Below, one piece after another: positions 51,438 through 61,631 of a DNA stretch of 64,000 nt. The notes below the pieces were generated by a model. That model searched no databases. It saw nothing but the letters and a program-made list of their open reading frames with translations, and had not been told where the DNA came from. This DNA is from Ramazzottius varieornatus (taxonomy: Eukaryota > Animalia > Tardigrada): NCBI GenBank assembly GCA_001949185.1, contig BDGG01000001.1, forward strand, positions 6,361,591 through 6,425,590, in the 5' to 3' direction. The translations under genes and the position numbers were made by a program. Numbering within the stretch: the stretch's first letter is position 1; the number at the start of each line of letters is the position of its first letter.

Positions 51438-52685
51438 TTACTGCCATTTTAAGACATATTGCTTGATTCTTTCTCGTTTGGTTGAACCTCGTTCAGTCGC
51501 TACCGCTTGTTGATTCGGGTTTGGAATCGGGCCGTCATCACCATCATCTTCCACTGTCCACTCTTCATCATATTCGTCGTCCAGAAGCATATTATGTAGC
51601 ATGCAACACGTTCTGATCCAGTACACAGCGAATTCGTGATCTTTCTTATTCTTGATTCTTAGTCGCAAGGCTTTTAAACTTTGGAAACGGCCTTTGAGCA
51701 TTCCAATAGTCTGTTCCACGATAACCCTAGCCTGACTATGAGCTGTGTTGAGAGCCGTGTTCTCGTGACTGTTGGCCAGGGGTTTCTTGAACGTCGGGAC
51801 TATAATATCCGATACGGGATAGGCGCTGTCAGCAAGCAGATATTCATGACCAGAAAAATATTTGAATGGATTCAGAGCTAGCTTCGAATACATGAACACT
51901 CTGTGATCATGAGAACAGCCTGGGAAACCAGCGAAAACATGACAGATGCGTTTCAGATCATCGCAGACGATCATGGCATTAATGGCATAGCTACCTTTCC
52001 GCGTGTAGTAATCTTCCCCACACATGGATGGAGCTTCCTGTAAACCAATTAGTGACCCGTCAACATATCCGAGGCAGTGGGGAAACCCTTGGTTTTTTTC
52101 GATACGAGCTTTGATGGTAGCTCGCTCGCTCGTGTTAGGCCAAGTAACGACAGTCTTTTCCAGCGAGAGTAACGCGTACATCACTCTTTCGGTGTAAAGG
52201 CTCACAGTGCCCTCTCCAATTCCCAAACGCGATCCAGCAGTCCATAAAGACGAAGCGGAACCGTCGAATCCAAACCGCGACAATGCTACCATAAGCTGAT
52301 CAGGCACAGGAGCCTGTTCGTGATGACTCTTGTTCCTGAAGACAATGTGAGAGCCTATTTTGTCCACAACAGCGAAAAATGCTTGCCTGGTCATTCGGGC
52401 GTTTCTCTTGAAGGTCAGCTCATCTGACTGGAATATCAGGTAGGCTAACTCTTTCGTTTTTGGTGAGTTCACTCGCGCGGAAAGGTGACGGCTTTGAGTG
52501 GCGAAATATCGAACGACAGCTATCTTGATTTCTTCATCATCTTCCGAACTGCTGCCATCAGTTTCGCACAACATCTCATCCTCTTCGTCGCTACTAGAAT
52601 CCAGAACATCATGAAGCACAAGATCTGTCAGAATTTTGACGTCGACTGACCGAACAAGTTCTTTACGGTTAACTAGACGAGGCAT
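51438..52685 (-). CDS. Harbinger transposase (DDE_Tnp_4), 415 aa, intact
   Basis: Catalytic motifs GYVDGSLI, PGCSHDHRVF, LLADSAYP, RVIVEQTIGMLKGRFQSL, CCMLHN. Confidence 0.95.
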   Translation of the reverse strand: MPRLVNRKELVRSVDVKILTDLVLHDVLDSSSDEEDEMLCETDGSSSEDDEEIKIAVVRYFATQSRHLSARVNSPKTKELAYLIFQSDELTFKRNARMTRQAFFAVVDKIGSHIVFRNKSHHEQAPVPDQLMVALSRFGFDGSASSLWTAGSRLGIGEGTVSLYTERVMYALLSLEKTVVTWPNTSERATIKARIEKNQGFPHCLGYVDGSLIGLQEAPSMCGEDYYTRKGSYAINAMIVCDDLKRICHVFAGFPGCSHDHRVFMYSKLALNPFKYFSGHEYLLADSAYPVSDIIVPTFKKPLANSHENTALNTAHSQARVIVEQTIGMLKGRFQSLKALRLRIKNKKDHEFAVYWIRTCCMLHNMLLDDEYDEEWTVEDDGDDGPIPNPNQQAVATERGSTKRERIKQYVLKWQ

Positions 52686-53324
52686 GGTCGAACTGCTAGT
52701 AAGTGAGCGAGAAACAGAAAACTAAACTTTGTCACAGCTGGAAATTCGAGATGCATTCTCGGTGACGTCACCTTGGAATCTACGTCATTGAATCGCTACC
52801 GTGATTTAGCCGTTATTTCGGCACTCAGAATTCAGGTCGTAAATTGGCTGTCTGATTGGTGGATTTCGCTAAATCAAGATCCAACTAAATAAGCCTGATT
52901 TAGATAAATCTGAATTCTGAGTAGGGCCAATTTACCCAGCATTATATCAAAATCAACGCAGTTGTCTCGTACAACCTGCCATGACAGACTAAAACTGGCA
53001 GTTTGGTCTCAATGCGTAAATCCTGTCTGTACCAATTGAGAGGTCTGGTGCTCGAACGACATTCGAAACGGTTTTGAAAAACTGAAAAACTCTGAAAAAT
53101 TCTGATTGATTGATTGCCGTCTTTCCGTGGGGCTTCAACTTGATGTTGGGAAGCCGATGGTTGTTTTCGGTATTTCGCTGGGTAAATCATCCGTCCAACG
53201 CTGAAACGGACATTTTGTTTTCGTTTCATCGTGATTCGTGAATCCACAGCCCGGACTTCTTCGTTTGCTTGCATCGATTCTGCTGTTAGTCGGGCACAGT
53301 CCTCAAGCTACTTGGGAAAGCAAC

Positions 53325-56124
53325 ATGGAAAGCAGCGCAGCCGCATCCGTGGCTGCACCAGGAGGAAGCAACAATCTGTACAAAGTGGGAGACTTTTGCT
53401 ACTTTGAGGTATCATCATCCGGCCCATATCAGATCCGGAGGATCGATGAACTTCTCAAGAGCAACGCTGGCCATGTGGAAGTCCGTGCAACCGCCTTCTG
53501 TCGGAAGCGTGATCTGCCCACCAAGCTACAAGAGAAGATTGCGGTCTACGAGAAAGAAGGCAAGGACGTCCCCGATGTCTTTTTGGACGCCGAAGACGAC
53601 GAGGACAACAGCACGTATAACGCGCTCAACGCCAAGCAAGAGAATGGAGAAGACACTATGACCGAAGAACAGAAACAAAAGCATTTGCTGAACCATCGAG
53701 AAGTGTATTTGACCAGGCTGACGGAAAACCTTCCAGCTAGTCTCATTCGTGGCAAATGCACGGTCTACTTGTGGGCTGAATGCGAAGCCAAGAGCTCTTA
53801 CCTGAAGGAGAACGACGTCTACTTCTACACGCACACCTGGGATCACAACATCAAAAGTCTAACCAGGGAGAAAGGTGGCGATATCCGAGTTGGATCGGGA
53901 TTCCAAGCTGATGTTCCATCACAATCAAACGTTGACGGTGAGTTGAATTCTTCATTGATTGACACACTGCACCCTATCGCTCTGTGTGGTTGTGACGTCA
54001 GATAATGCTTATATGCTGCGACGGAATGCAGCCCGTGACACCCACATTATCATGACGTCACGCGCATGTTGCGGAGATCACTTGATTGACTGTTCTTGAA
54101 TGGATGTTTCAGGTAACGGCCAAGTGACCAACGGCTCTCCCGTCGAGGATAAAGAGTACGCCACACTGAAATGGCTTCCTAATCGGGCGACTGATGTGGA
54201 AATTGACAATTTCCTCATGATGATGCGCAGTGTGGGGACGCTGGGTCGAGCGCTGGACTGGAACAGCGCGGTCAAGCAGCCCAGTCTTCACTTGACTGCC
54301 GCTTCAGCCTCTCGCGACATCACCATCGCTTCTGCCATGGACCTTATGCACCAGAAAGACTACAGCCTGTCCAATTGCCTGAGAGACCTGGTGGCTGAAG
54401 GACCTCTTATCTGCCGGGATCAGATGGAGCTGTGGACCGCCACCGAAGCTGGACTGTTCGAAGAAGCACTGGAAAAGTATGGCAAAGATTTCGAGGAAAT
54501 CAAGCAAGACTTGGTAAGTCAGTCAACCGTACGGTATATTAGAACGAAACAACCCCGATCCGAGGCGGTTTGTTTCTGCATGTTTCCACCTGCGGATCGT
54601 ACGTGCTCAAAGGGTGAGAATGTTTGGTACCGGGTTGGGCTGACTGCTTCTGTTTGCGTTGCAGCTTCCATGGAAGTCAATGAACCAAATCATCGAATAC
54701 TATTACATGTGGAAGACGTCCGACAGGTTTGTCCAGAATAAGCGAGTCAAAGCAGCGGACGCAGAAGGGAGGTTGAAGCAGATCTACATTCCGCCCTACA
54801 TCTTCGACGATCGTCTGCCGTCCAACGAGGTCTTCGAGGCCCCAGTGCGCGGGTGTGAAAGCTGCTTCACGAAACAGTGCGCCCACTGGTATGCCTGGAA
54901 TGGTTTCGGGGAACTCCGCAACAACCAGGATGGCAACCGTCTGTGTAACGAATGTTGGCAGTACTGGAAGAAGTACGGTGACATCAAGCGTGTCATCAAG
55001 GGCGAGCGTAAGATCATGCTACAGCATGGTCCAGCCATTCCATACTCGGCTCTACAGAAAGCCGAGATGGAAAACTCGAAGAAACCTTCCTATATGCTGC
55101 CACCCAATCAACGCACCGCCAATGCGCAGTTACAGCAAAGGCACAATAACAACATGAACATGAATATGACACATAACCGCTCCTACTTCCGCACTCGTCC
55201 AGCTATCTACTTCATAGCTACGCAAATGATGAAGCAGGTCAGACGGGTCGGAGAGAACATCTACAAGCCACGCAGGTCCGCCCGCAGACCCTTCCAGTGG
55301 ATCAACTCGGCGCCCATCAAAGAGTTCTACCAGAATGCCGACACGGCCACCGTCCAACGCTGCAAACGACAGAGGTCCCGCCAAAATGTCAAAGCCACGG
55401 CGGTTGCCGATCGAATCATGGCACGAAAAGGTTCGTAGGCTCTGTTTATCGCCTTGATACGTGGTCAAATGATCCGAAACAGATTTGTTTTTTCAAGTGG
55501 TGCACACTCGCAGCCAATAACAATGAAAATTTGCGCCACTTAGCCAAATGATCTGAACCAGACCGTTTCTCAAGTGACGCACGTCTTTATTGTTATTGGC
55601 TGAGGGTGTGCGGCACTTGCGACAACGATCTGGTTTGATGCATTTGCCGACGTCGCGATTTTGAAATTGATCTTCAAGCATCTGTAGGTTGTTTCTTTGT
55701 AGGTGCCGCTTCGGAGAAAGGCAATGTCTCTCAGCCGAGATCCAAGCAAGTCTTCCCTCCCGACACAACCTCTCCGCCGTTCCAGCCTTCCAAAAGAATG
55801 AAAACTGAGCCGTTCAACACGACCATCTTCCCCACCGGCTCGTCCATGCCTCCCTTCGCACCTCGTGTCAAAGTGAGGAACCCTCTGACTGGGCGTCTGG
55901 TGTGGCCCGATGCCCCCGAAGACTTCTACTACCATCTGTCACCTACGCTGAAGCAAGAACGAAAGCGCTACCTGGCCACTCATGAAATGAAGAAGTCGGG
56001 ACGCAGTCAACGGCTCGTCTTTTCAGTCGTCATGAACCCCGCCAAACTACAGGCTTTCCTGGGTTCGCTACCTGTACGTCCGACAGCTCCGGAAGTGGCC
56101 AGCACGCTTTCTAGCTCTTTGTGA
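53325..56124 (+). CDS. MTA1: Metastasis-associated protein (NuRD subunit; BAH, ELM2, SANT, GATA zinc finger), 4 exons
   Basis: YKVGDFCYFE...YQIRRI, GDIRVGSGFQAD, SASRDIT, LFEEALEKYGKDF, YYYMWKTSDR, CESC...LCNECWQYWKKYG. Confidence 0.93.
55480..55632. repeat. Dimeric copy of the dispersed palindromic repeat family, in an MTA intron
   Basis: Same architecture and sequence as 22024-22172. Confidence 0.75.
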
Positions 56125-56671
56125 GGTGTTTACTGGATATTTTTTATACACAATGTATCGTTTTCTGTTTTACGTTTTTTTCCGCATACTTATCTCCTTG
56201 TTTTAGCTTTTCCGTTGTTGTTAGCGAACTAGCTGAACCTGCTGTAGCATTTTGTGCTGAAGCCAGCATAATGAGCGAGTGTGCGTTACTTGTTTCCGGA
56301 AAATTAACATTGCTGCGGCTTGGGTCGCTTGGTGCTATGTAATAGTACTAGTAGGGACTATATCCTGGTTGAGACTGGTTCTCCAGAACATCATTTCCGC
56401 TTTGACCGACACGGCCTCTCGTTGAATCTGACGCAAAGGTGTACGTAGTTCCATAGTGTCTACTACTGCGCCCCTTATCCCACTGTGGTAGTTCGCCTTG
56501 ATTGTCGGATCGGTCATGGGTGTTGATTGTCAAGGAATTTGAAATTAATCATATGATTTATATGCAGTTCTGATTCCCGCAGCTTCCCGTATCGGTCTTC
56601 TGATCCTGTGCTCTGTTGTTGCGTTTGCCTATGAATACCGAGTTTTAATCCACGTCTGTTTCTACGGGAAG

Positions 56672-57346
56672 ATGAGCAGCCAGAAAGGAAATGCCATTCG
56701 ATCACGACCCCAGAAATACCAGAACAACAGTGTCTTCAAGAAAGACCTTTATGGAACAACTCCGCAGACCAAGGCTCTGGATAGTATGAAGGTCGAAGGA
56801 CTGTGTTCCAAATGTACTTCGGTAATCCAGTGGAAAATAAAGTTCCTGAAGTACAAGAAGCTGACAGTCCCGAGCAAATGGTAGGAAAACTGTTTCCACT
56901 CTCATCCCCCATTAGCGCATGTCGTCACACGTATACTTAAAATTTGCGTGTCTGTCTTACATCTGCAAGCTGCGTCCTGGGCGAGCTTGACTGGCTTTAT
57001 GAATTCTGTCTTGATTGTTGATTGGTGTTGTCGCAGTGTGAAATGCCTCGACAGAACGGTGAAGGAAGCCTACCACACCATGTGCAGAAATTGTGCATCA
57101 GCGGCAGGGAAATGTCCGAAATGCTGTGAAGACCACGGAAAAATTGCAGAAGAAGATAAAACTGCTGCCACAACGGAAAATCAGGTGGAAGTAGAACATG
57201 GAGAAAACAAGGACCGAAGAAATCCTGCCACTTCTGCCAGAAACGCGGCGACATCTCTCCGTAAAACCTCTCTCGCGACAAAGCGTTCCAGGGACTGTAG
57301 CCCTGAACTACCTTCAGGCGATAGTTCTGTCGGTGAATCTGAATGA
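56672..57346 (+). CDS. C9orf85: C9orf85-like (DUF2039) Cys-rich protein, 2 exons
   Basis: MSSQKGNAIRSRPQKYQN, CSKC...WKIKFLKYK, CVKC...VKEAYHTMCRNCA...CPKC. Confidence 0.88.
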
Positions 57347-57525
57347 ACACACAGTTTCACTCCATGATGCTTTTATTCTAGTTTTTCACGACAAATTTCC
57401 CGAACAATCTATACAATGGAAAATTCAGAGTAACAGATGCTTTGGCCAGAATTTCGGCTTCGCTAAACCCGGAAAACAACTGCGGCAATTGTGCAGAGAG
57501 GACAGGTCGTTGAAGCCGCATGAGA

Positions 57526-57729
57526 CTATTTCTCCAGTGGAACAAAGTTGAGTAGTTTTTCGATGAGATCGACATGGCCAAGTAGCATGCGGCGACAACA
57601 GTATCGTCTCAGCTTCAGAGCGTCCAGGGCATCTCCTTCTTGGTAGTCGTTGGCCAGAAGATTCAGGTAGGCTTCCCACTTGTCGCCCAACACTTTGCCG
57701 CAGGTGAAGCATCGAACGGGGATGATCAT
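57526..57729 (-). CDS. POLR2L: RNA polymerase I/II/III subunit RPABC5 (RPB10)
   Basis: [13 protein letters not shown]...RYCCRRMLL, 67 aa. Confidence 0.98.
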   Translation of the reverse strand: MIIPVRCFTCGKVLGDKWEAYLNLLANDYQEGDALDALKLRRYCCRRMLLGHVDLIEKLLNFVPLEK

Positions 57730-58414
57730 GTTCGAAGCGGTAGGGTGAAGAAAATCCTTTCAACACTCTGAAGTATAAACACCGTTCAACAGCGTAGTTC
57801 GGACGCGAAACGAAGGTCGGAGGAGTTACTTACCGTGATCTGACTCGTCAAACCTCCTGCTAGATAACCCGGCAAAGTACTCTACTTCTTCTAGCGTCCA
57901 CTATCGGCAGAAAAAGTCTGGATTCTAGCAGAGCGCTGGAGCCTGAGGAAGAACGCGGATCCGGATCTTCAGAAAAATCGAGCAAATAAAATCATAAAAA
58001 ATCTAAAATCCAGATTCCCAATTTCCAAAAATCCACTGCTCGTTTGGTTGTTGATTGATTGCACTACACCAGAAAGTACGAGTACACTCGAGTGCTACGG
58101 CTGAGTACTCGTACTACAGTACACGGCCAATATCGTGTGGCGTTCCACCTTCAATCTTTCACCGAAAGTGGACATGATTACGGGAGAAAATATTTAACAA
58201 GAATCTTGGAGGTCTGCACTGTATAGTACAGCGTTGGAAAGCCATCGACCTCGTTATTTGCTTCAGAATACACTGAACAGTAATAGATCGTCCGTCGTCG
58301 AACTAGAGCGAGTACAGCAGCAAACATTCCAGTGAGGAGCTTCCAGTTAGAAACTAAGGACCACTCCGAAAAGAGACCCATTGTGCATAAAACATCAATG
58401 CCACGAGCCCGTTT

Positions 58415-60926
58415 TCACACGTAGTAAACCCGATTTCTTTCTAAAACAACAATCAGCTCGCAGTGGTCCGTATGGGGAAAGAGATCGACCGGCACAGCAC
58501 GGACGGGGAAGAAGTTTTCGCCAGGAAGAGCACGTTCAGTCGGTAGACACAAACTGAAACAGAAAATACTAGGTCACTACTTCCCAGAATTTTCGACAGA
58601 CCTACTTCGATGTATGATTTTTACTCTAGAATATTCCGCATGGCGTTTCCAATGGGCATACAAGAAACGTAGATCACTCTGTCCACTTGCGGCGTTTTCC
58701 TTAGCGCATTTATCACTTTGACAGCTGGAAGAACAAGCAAAACGTTCACCAACGATTCCATCTCCGTTTTACTGATACTGTTCGAGTTGCTTCGTCGAAT
58801 GAAACAAACTTACAGAGTCCAGATCGGCTAGGATTGACCACAGCCGAGACATTCGTATAGGTGAATTCTTTCCTTTTAAGTAACCGAGGAATAGCTTTCT
58901 CGGCTGCATCACAATAGAAGTCCGCGTTCCGTATCTCTAGTAAAACCAAAGAAGCCTTCGAATGGCTCAACATTATGACTGTAGCAATTACGGATTGGGA
59001 CGTCGAGCAAATGTAGCTAACTAGCTAGTGGTCTTGACCACTGGAACGGCCGAGCGAGCGCACTGGCGCAGTGAAGTTTGCGATAAGTGGGTCTAGACCG
59101 TCTAGTACATCGGCTCGTTCAACCGGCGTACTTTTCAGAAGGGTGTTTGCGACAAAGCCATGACTGAACATTCTGATCAGCATTGAAAACGTGAGACTTA
59201 TAGAGGCCTCGCTTCGCTCGGCCGGATAAATTTTGCCAGATCGTCATCCCAAGCGGCGCACGTTTTCATTGTTACCGGTTAGGTAGGTGCACCACTTGGG
59301 AAAATTTCAAATCATTTGCCCACGTCCCGACAGTTTTAAATGTAGTGTCTTACCATTTGCTTTGGCATTATAGTTGGCATCGTCCACAGCGACGAGGTCT
59401 TGTTCGACACCGAGTACTTTGTCGAAGCGTTTCGCCAAAGACAGACCGATGGTTCCTGTTGAAGAATCCGAGGAATTGAGGACCGTTGACTGAGCTTTTT
59501 TCCAGTAAAAATCCATACCTGTTCCGCAGCAGACATCCATCAAAACAGAGTTAAGGTCAGGCTTGATGACTTCCGCTATCTTTTCGTAAAGCTTCTCCGC
59601 CGCTTCCGTGTTCAGCTGGAAGAAGGCGGAAGGTGATATCCGGAACTTCAACTTTCCAATGTGTTCGTAAAGATGGCTTTCGCCATACAGAAGCTGATAA
59701 GGCGCAAGGAGAGGCGGACACTGCGAATGGCGGCTGCGGACAGGAGGAAATCAGCTGAACAATCCAACAAGAAAACGTGCGATAGGAAAGCTCACCATTC
59801 TTGGAAGTACAGAGACTTTAGGTTGCATTCTTTCCCAGGACCATTCACGAAAAATTCGACTAGGCGGTTTTTCTCAGTCGTCAGCTCTTCTGCGGAAAGC
59901 GATTGCGGATGTATGATGACGCTGGCCATGAGATCGCCGGCTCTGTTGGACCGAGCAGTTATGGACTTCCAATGGCCTACGAAACCAGCGGGGCCCTGCC
60001 GGCAACTGTCGTACGGGGACATCTCCAGAAACTTTTCGAACATCTGTAATGAAAAACTTGAGATACAGCCGCATGAAACCCGACAACTTTTGCGTGAGAA
60101 GTATTCTGTCGGCGTCGTACTTCACCAAGAAGCCTGTGCGATGGCTTCATGTTGATCAGCTCTCGAGGCGCTACACAGACGACGTTCCCTTCCCGTGATC
60201 TGCCCACGTAGAAGCCCACTCTTCTACTGTATCCGTCAATGCCCGTTGATACGCTAAATTCATCCTTGTTCCTGAAGTGAGTGAGAAGAGGCTACAAAAC
60301 AGCAGCATACGACGTTAGTAATGTACTGTCCAACAAGTGAACACAAGTCTTTCTTAATCCGCGCATGGCGTCAGACAACCCCTATGTTACGATACAGTAA
60401 CCACTGTGACGTCTGCGCGAGCTTTCGTCGTGAATTATCTTACCGAAGGAACGACGGGATCAACTGGACACATGAGTCCGTCCTGATCCACGTACAACAT
60501 AGGTATGTGCTTGGATAAGGTTCTTGAGATGTTAACGACGAGTTTCTTGTTCCGTTCCCATTTGAATTTGAGCTGGTCTTCGTAGGGAATATGGGATAAT
60601 GGAGTCATTGTTTGAGCCAACACTTCATACTGATTCTCGGCTGTCAGCTGCTGCCGGAGGAGTGGATCGGGCTTATACTGGTTGCCAACAGGTACAGCCA
60701 CCTTGACTCCAGCTCTTCCTAGTATCCCACGGAAGAGTTGAGGATCATTCTGTGGAGAAAGGGAGGTTGGGTTGTTAGCAGTACGGTCTTGCGCAGCGAC
60801 TTCCGGTGGCCGTGGATCAGCTGGTTCGGGTTGGTGTGCTGCGGACGTCGCGTATCCCTGACGGAAGTGAAGCAGAACATCCTGGATCTTCAAAGGACGC
60901 TGTGTAAAGATACGACAAGATGCCAT
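58415..60926 (-). CDS. TRMT2B: tRNA (uracil-5)-methyltransferase, TRMT2B-like (presequence-like N-terminus), multi-exon
   Basis: PLSHIPYEDQL, FRISPSAFFQLNT, DVCCGTG, VVNPSRSGL, IYVSC, VPVDLFPHTDHCE. Confidence 0.85.
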
Positions 60927-61631
60927 TATGATGGGAACTTATCCGGACGAAGCGATTAGAGAAAATTGTGAGGAACGAGAATTCTGCTGTGGAGTGTGGA
61001 CCGAAGATTGCAACACCAATCAACAATCAAACGTCGCCTTGAGGTAGCACTGGTACTCTTCTGGTTGCATGATCAATCAAATTTCTGCACGGGCTTACAC
61101 TGCCATACCGCCAGGACCTCCGGCAAATAAATGCATACGATTTCGGGGTAGAACCACGCTCGGGATTCGTATTTTTTCTGGCAAAGATTGAATAGAATAT
61201 ACCATTTCGCCGGACAGTTTAGATATGTTACAGAACAGATACCTCAGAAGTTTCGTGCGACAAATTACGAAAACATTGTGAGTAAATATTAACAGCCTGA
61301 GGAGGACACGATTTCGTTAAGCCACATCACAAAAAACTTTTCCTGCATTGATGAGAATTATTGATAATAACACCCCGGATGTTTGCAGTTATACTTCCGC
61401 GAACAGTGAGTGTTTTGTACGAAAACGTTATCTTGGAAAGCTCGCGGTAATGTCCACCGGATTTAGCATTGGCACACATCCTTGGATAGCGACTTTTATA
61501 CGATAAAAATCGAAGAGCTGATCTTCGCACAATAGGTTTTATGATCGGCAAGGCGAAGGAAACTAGGAGCTCCTGTGAACGCATCGGTCATTCAGAAATA
61601 AGTGAAATTTTATACGCTGGAGAAACCTTCA

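Larger units (their letters stand above)
49481..52928. mobile_element. Apparently intact autonomous PIF/Harbinger transposon (3448 bp)
   Basis: 32-bp TIR GGCCCTACTCAGAATTCAGATTTATYTAAATC (1 mismatch). 3-bp TSD AAT on both sides. Two convergent open ORFs. Confidence 0.95.
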
